NCBI GenBank assembly: GCA_964016885.1
Contig: OZ024744.1
Location: forward strand, 77,624,001 to 77,688,000
DNA: 64,000 nucleotides
Source: Eledone cirrhosa
Lineage: Eukaryota
Direction: 5' to 3'
Part shown: positions 56,747 through 64,000 of the stretch, one piece after another
Numbering within the stretch: the first letter of the stretch is position 1
Layout of the letters: every line of letters begins with the position of its first letter
Notes under the pieces: model-generated
Database searches by the model: none
What the model was told of the DNA's origin: nothing
The model's input: only the letters and a program-made list of their open reading frames with translations
Position numbers and translations under genes: made by a program

Positions 56747-57637
56747 GAGAGAGAGATGTACATACATACATAATAAATATGCGATGTGTATGTGTATATA
56801 TATACATTATACGCACACAGTTTATTAGATTTACACACAAACATCACAGTTAATTGAAATAATGCTTTGAAAAATGTGAGAAAGAGAACTCTCCGTAAAA
56901 CAGCATATGTATTTCCCTGACATATTCCTTGTTTTAAACAACTGTAACTACGTAAAGATAAGTCTTACTATCTGTTCTTGATATATCTGTAGATTCCTTA
57001 TCCTAATACTCTGATGTGAGAGATGCTGACGAGGTTTACAGGGGTGTGTGTGTGAGTGATCCTTTTATAGAGATCTTACCAAAGTTTCAATGTCATTTCC
57101 TATTTTGACAATGCCAATGTTTGTGTTCTGTGTATGTGTGTGTGTTTTTTAAAACCCGGGTTCAATCCGCGTAACCACAGTTAGGAGGTACTCAATACAT
57201 AGTAAATTATAGACAAGATTTAATATAGAAATAGTTATACCTTATACCTGTTTTAAGTTATCAATCATTTCCTTCATATTTCCGTCATGCATAACACACT
57301 TCTAAGCATACTACATATATACATACACACACATATTTCTATACAACTTCAACATATATTCACACAATTCATACACACATCCGCATTTGCAACACACGCA
57401 CGCACGCTTCATTGAACACAGTTAAAACACACACACACATACTCTTACAGAAATGTACACCCGCTTTCCACACACCATTCAAATATACATACATATATGT
57501 ATATATAAGCAAATGTTAAACAAGGTTCAATGAATACAGTTTTACAATAGATTAAAAGTACTCAACAGTGATATTTTCTGGAGTTATTAATATTATTCAA
57601 AATATTAATAAATGGATACAATCACATAATCAAAATG

Positions 57638-57699
57638 TTTTATTATATATATTTCGGAGGTACTGTGCTGTTTTTTCAGTACGTCCTCATCAGATAAAA
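57638..57699 (-). ncRNA. Minimal type-I hammerhead ribozyme motif
   Basis: TTTTAT-CTGATGA-GGACGTACTG-loop-CAGTACCTCC-GAAA-TATATA-TA-ATAAAA; stem II 9/10 paired. Confidence 0.8.
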
Positions 57700-57882
57700 T
57701 ACATAAATTGATGCATGACATACCTCAACTGTGCTGATGGTTCAATTCCAGTCTTGACTGCCAACACTGGAATTGAACCATTCTGTCCATTTATTAATAT
57801 TTTGAATAATATATTGTAATGTATATATATATATATGTAATATATATATATGTAATAAAGATGGTTAAAAGAGTTCCATGTA

Positions 57883-57950
57883 TTTTATTATGCGCATTTC
57901 AAAAAACAAATATCATCATGCAATAATATTTGTGTTTTCATCAGATAAAA
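57883..57950 (-). ncRNA. Minimal type-I hammerhead ribozyme motif
   Basis: TTTTAT-CTGATGA-AAACACAAATATT...GATATTTGTTTTTT-GAAA-TGCGCA-TA-ATAAAA; palindromic stem III. Confidence 0.78.
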
Positions 57951-58451
57951 CAGGAAGACATGATATGAAGGTTAAAAAAAACACTTGTGGATAGTTCAGT
58001 TTTAAATCAACATATATTTTATTGTACTACAATAAAACTCACCTACATATATGTAATATATGTAATATATATATATGTAATATATATATATTAAAATAAC
58101 AGGTTAAAGTTTAAGCAAAGAATCGCTGCTTTCACCCTTAATGGGATCTTCTGAGATTCAGAAGATCCCTTTCAGGGTGAAAGCAGCGATTCTTTGACTA
58201 AACTTTAACCTTTATTTTAATAAATATTTACATATATATATATGTATATATATATACTTATGTAATAAACAACATAAGGCAATTATATTTACCAGTGGTT
58301 TCTTAAAAGCAAAAAGTTTTGCTTTCAATCAGAATGAAAAATCCTGGTCTGTTTATTGAATTTGGATTATGTTGTTTATTACATAACTATTAAGCTCTGT
58401 TACCTACATAGAGCACTCTTTTTTCCTGGACTTTTCCGACGGAATTACTTC

Positions 58452-58454
58452 ACA

Positions 58455-58493
<39 letters not shown>

Positions 58494-59156
58494 GTATATA
58501 TATGTATATATATATATATATGTATATATATGTATATATATATATATATGTATATGTATATATATGTATATATATATATATGTATGTATATGTATATATA
58601 TGTATATATATATATGTATATGTATATGTATATATATATATATGTATATGTATATATATGTATATGTATATGTACATATATATGTATATATATGTATATA
58701 TATGTACATATATATATGTATATGTATATATATGTACATATATATATATGTATATATATGTATATATATATGTATATATATGTATATGTATGTATATGTA
58801 TATATATATATATATGTATATGTATGTATATGTACATATATATATATGTATATATATGTATATGTGTACATATATATATATGTATATATATGTATATGTG
58901 TACATATATATATATGTATATATATGTATATGTGTACATATATATATATGTATATATATGTATATGTGTACATATATATATATGTATATATATGTATATG
59001 TATACATATATATATATGTATATGTATACATATATATATATGTATATGTATGTATATGTACATATATATATATGTATATATATGTATATGTATACATATA
59101 TATATATATACATATATATATGCATACATATATATTCATATATATATATATTCATA

Positions 59157-59190
<34 letters not shown>

Positions 59191-59302
59191 CATATATATA
59201 TGCATACATATATATTCATATATATATATATTCATATATATATATATATATATATATATGAATATATATATATATGAATATATATGTATGCATATATATA
59301 TG

Positions 59303-59336
<34 letters not shown>

Positions 59337-59389
59337 TATGAATATATATATATATGAATATATATGTATGCATATATATATGTATATAT

Positions 59390-59421
<32 letters not shown>

Positions 59422-59437
59422 GTATATATATGTATAT

Positions 59438-59469
<32 letters not shown>

Positions 59470-59567
59470 GTATATATATGTATATATATATATGTATATA
59501 TATGTATATATATATATATATATGTATATATATGTATATATATATATATATGTATATATATGTATGT

Positions 59568-59635
<68 letters not shown>

Positions 59636-59663
59636 GAATATATATGTATATGTATATGTATGT

Positions 59664-59697
<34 letters not shown>

Positions 59698-59755
59698 GAA
59701 TATATATGTATATGTATATGAATATATATGTATATGTATATGTATATATATATAT

Positions 59756-59789
<34 letters not shown>

Positions 59790-59815
59790 GAATATATATG
59801 TATATGTATATGTAT

Positions 59816-59847
<32 letters not shown>

Positions 59848-60115
59848 GAATATATATGTATATATATATATATATGAATATATATGTATATATATATATG
59901 AATATATATGTATATATATATATATGAATATATATGTATATATATATATGAATATATATGTATATATATATATATGAATATATATGTATATATATATATG
60001 AATATATATGTATATATATATATGAATATATATGTATATATATATATGAATATATATGTATATATATATATGTATATATATATATGAATATATATGTATA
60101 TATATATGTATATAT

Positions 60116-60155
<40 letters not shown>

Positions 60156-60190
60156 GTATATATATGTATATATATATATGAATATATATG

Positions 60191-60223
<33 letters not shown>

Positions 60224-60964
60224 GTATATATGTATATATATATGAATATATATGTATATATATATATGAATATATATGTATATATATATATGTATATATA
60301 TATATGTATATATGTATATATATATATGAATATATATGTATATATGTATATATATATGTATATATATATATGTATATATGTATATATATATATGAATATA
60401 TATGTATATATATATGTATGTATATATGTATATATATATATGAATGTATATATATATGTATATATATATATGAATATATATGTATGTATATATGTATATA
60501 TATATGAATATATATGTATGTATATATGTATATATATATGTATATATATATATGAATATATATGTATATATATATATGAATATATATGTATATATATATG
60601 AATATATATGTATATATATATATCAATATATATGTATATATGTATATATGTATATGTATATGTATATATGTATATGTATATATGTATATGTATATATGTA
60701 TATGTATATATGTATATGCATATATATATATGTATATGCATATATGTATATATATATATGTATATGTATATATATATATGTATATATATATATATTTGTA
60801 TATATATATACATATGTATATACATATGTATGTATATATATATATATACATATGTATGTGTATATATATATATACATATGTATGTATATATATATATATA
60901 TATATATACATATGTATGTATATATATATATATATATATACATATGTATATATATATATATATA
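58452..60964. repeat. TA-derived compound microsatellite
   Basis: Direct observation. Confidence 0.97.
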
Positions 60965-61602
60965 CATCATCATCATCATCATTTAACGTCCGTGTTCCAT
61001 GCTTGCATGGGTTTGGACGGGGGTAGTCCCACTTGAGGCAAGAGTGATTGTCTTGCTCGCATAGGACTGTCTGGCAGGTTTTCTACAGTTGGATGCCCTT
61101 CCTAACACCAACCACATTTACAGTGTGGGTCTGGGAGGTTTTTACCGTGTTGCCTACACGGCCACATTACAGCGTGGACTGTGTGTTTTTTTGTCGTGAC
61201 ACCTACACGATCTCATTTGTTTCGGCCTGGATGGCGCGGCACCAACATAACTTTACATAGAACGGGGTGGTGTCGATGGGGTGGGGGTGGTGGCGGGACG
61301 GGGTGTATTTTGTTAGAGATGCCTACTGGCAAGGCGGGTCTTCCCTGTTACTGAGTACCGCCAAAGGTCTCAGTCCAGTGACATTGTCTTGGAGAGGTGT
61401 AAGTGTGTGAGGTCGGAGTTTATCAGCTCGTCCCAGGTTTTTCTAGGTCTGCCTATTCCGTGACTACCGTCTATCTTTATTGCCCTGCACTTTGTTATAC
61501 AGCTATCGACTTTCATGCGCATCACGTGTCCATACCAACGTAGCCTTCTCTCGAGTAAACAACATCTGATCCCTCTTATCTCTAATTTTTTCCTTAGTTC
61601 GT
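60965..61602 (-). mobile_element. RTE LINE 3' end
   Basis: LERRLRWYGHVMRM...GRPRKTWDEL; tail CATGCAAGCATGGAACACGGACGTTAA(ATG)n. Confidence 0.88.
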
Positions 61603-62112
61603 TTATGCTTTGCCAAACGTTATGTCCGATAAGGTGTAATGGGGAGTAACATCGCCGATACAGCCCAGATCGACCATATCAGGATTGCTGAAAACAGAGC
61701 AGTATTGTTTCTGCAGTATCTCACCCATGGTTTTAGCATTGTCTTGAAGAGTGCCATTTTCATCAATTAGAGGGCCAACAGTAGAGCCAGTGATTTTGTG
61801 TTTTTTTGCAAATGAAAAGAACACTTTGGGATTGAGTTTGATCTTCTCAATGGCCCAGGCCTCCTCAGCTCTTCTCTGATTGTTGATGAGGGACATTATG
61901 TTGTTTTGGAGGTTATGTTTTTTAATCTCTAGTGATGAAATGGCAGTTAAGTTGATGTGTTGCTGCTGACAGTATTTCAGCTTGTTGATTTTTTTGTTCG
62001 TTCTCTTAATTTTTCTGATGAGCGTTTTTCTATTTCTAGGGATTCTGCTCTTAGATTTGTTTATAGTTCTTAATGGGGTGTGTTTAGCACATATGTTTGT
62101 AACAGTGTCCAC
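61603..62112 (-). mobile_element. CR1/L2-like LINE ORF2 fragment
   Basis: IKLNPKVFFSFAK...VGPLIDENG...EILQKQYCSVFS, the typical linker before CR1-group RT. Confidence 0.75.
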
Positions 62113-62258
62113 AAATGTCTGCCAGGACCCACAAATGTCTGCCAGGACTTTTTGATGTTAGTGGGTGTATGAGTGTGCGTGAAGGACCAGTCGACATGTG
62201 CAAGATCATGACTGATCGCTTCCCAGTTTGCATTGTGGAAATCCATAGCGTCAAACGG

Positions 62259-63117
62259 ATGTATATGTATATAATGTATATATATATGTATATGTATATG
62301 TATATATATATATGTATATGTATATGAATATATATATATGTATATATATATGTATATATATATTTGTGTATATGTGTATATTTATAATGTGTATATGTAT
62401 ATTATGTGTATATATATTGTATATATATATGTATATATATATGTATATGTATATGTATGAATATGTATATGTATGTGTATGTATGTATATGTATATATAT
62501 ATGTATATATATATGTATATATATATGTATATATATATATATATGTATATATATATGTATATATATATGTATATGTATATATATGTATATATATGTATAT
62601 GTATATGTATATGTATATATATGTATATATATATGTATTTATATATGTATATATATGTATATATATGTATATATGTATATATGTATATGTATTTATATAT
62701 GTATATATGTATATGTATTTATATATGTATATATATGTATATATGTATATGTATATATATATGTATATACATATGTATATGTATATACATATGTATATAT
62801 GTATGTATATGTATATATGTATATATATGTATATATATATATATACATATGTATATATATATACATATATATACATATGTATATATATATATATATATAC
62901 ATATATATACGTATGTATATATATATATATACATATATATACGTATGTGTATATATATATATATACATATATATACGTATGTATATATATGTATGTATAT
63001 ATATGTATATACATATATATACATATGAATATATATATATATATATATATACATATGTATATATATGTATATATATATATACATATGTATATATATGTAT
63101 ATATATATATACATATG

Positions 63118-63153
<36 letters not shown>

Positions 63154-63203
63154 TACATATACATATGTATATATATGTATATATATATATATATATATAT
63201 ACA

Positions 63204-63277
<74 letters not shown>

Positions 63278-63382
63278 TGTATATATATATATACATATAT
63301 ATACATATATGTATATATATATATACATATGTATATACATATGTATATATATATGTATATATATACATATGTATATATATTG

Positions 63383-63439
<57 letters not shown>

Positions 63440-63451
63440 ATATATATATAT

Positions 63452-63493
<42 letters not shown>

Positions 63494-63504
63494 GTATATG
63501 TATG

Positions 63505-63535
<31 letters not shown>

Positions 63536-63597
63536 GTATATGTATGTATGTATATATATATATATATATATACATGTATATGTATATATATATATAT

Positions 63598-63639
<42 letters not shown>

Positions 63640-63739
63640 GTATATATATATATGTATATATATATGTTATATATATATATGTATATATATATGTATATAT
63701 ATATATGTATATATATGTATATATATATATATATGTATA

Positions 63740-63786
<47 letters not shown>

Positions 63787-64000
63787 ATATACATATATAT
63801 ATATATACATATGTATATATATATATATATACATATGTATATATATATATATATACATATGTATATATATATATATATATACATATGTATATATATATAT
63901 ATATACATATGTATATTATATATATATTATATATACATATATGTATGTATATATATATATACATATATGTATATATATGTATATATATATATATACATAT
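62259..64000. repeat. TA-derived compound microsatellite
   Basis: Direct observation. Confidence 0.97.

Overview
AT-rich eukaryotic DNA, almost all repeat. The SINE repertoire and extreme (TA)n/(CA)n density suggest an octopod cephalopod (inference from recalled repeat sequences). No intact multi-exon gene is visible; there is one probable terminal exon at about 39.4 kb. Nearly all ORFs in the supplied track are microsatellite translations. The window holds about 20 SINE copies from at least three families, decayed LINEs (RTE, R4/Dong-like, CRE-like, CR1-like, Penelope GIY-YIG), decayed hAT and pogo transposases, a Merlin deletion derivative with about 210-bp TIRs, a Helitron nested in a Tigger-like MITE, a 5S rRNA copy next to a tRNA-SINE head, a 24-bp minisatellite and a 200-N gap. 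Two signals stand out. First, a 14-unit tandem array of pre-miRNA-sized hairpins (2837-3895) whose loops carry the let-7 5' nonamer, which reads as a perfect let-7 8mer site on the minus strand. Second, about ten minimal type-I hammerhead ribozyme motifs from several families, mostly inside foldback elements in TA microsatellites. All calls are by eye; boundaries are approximate.
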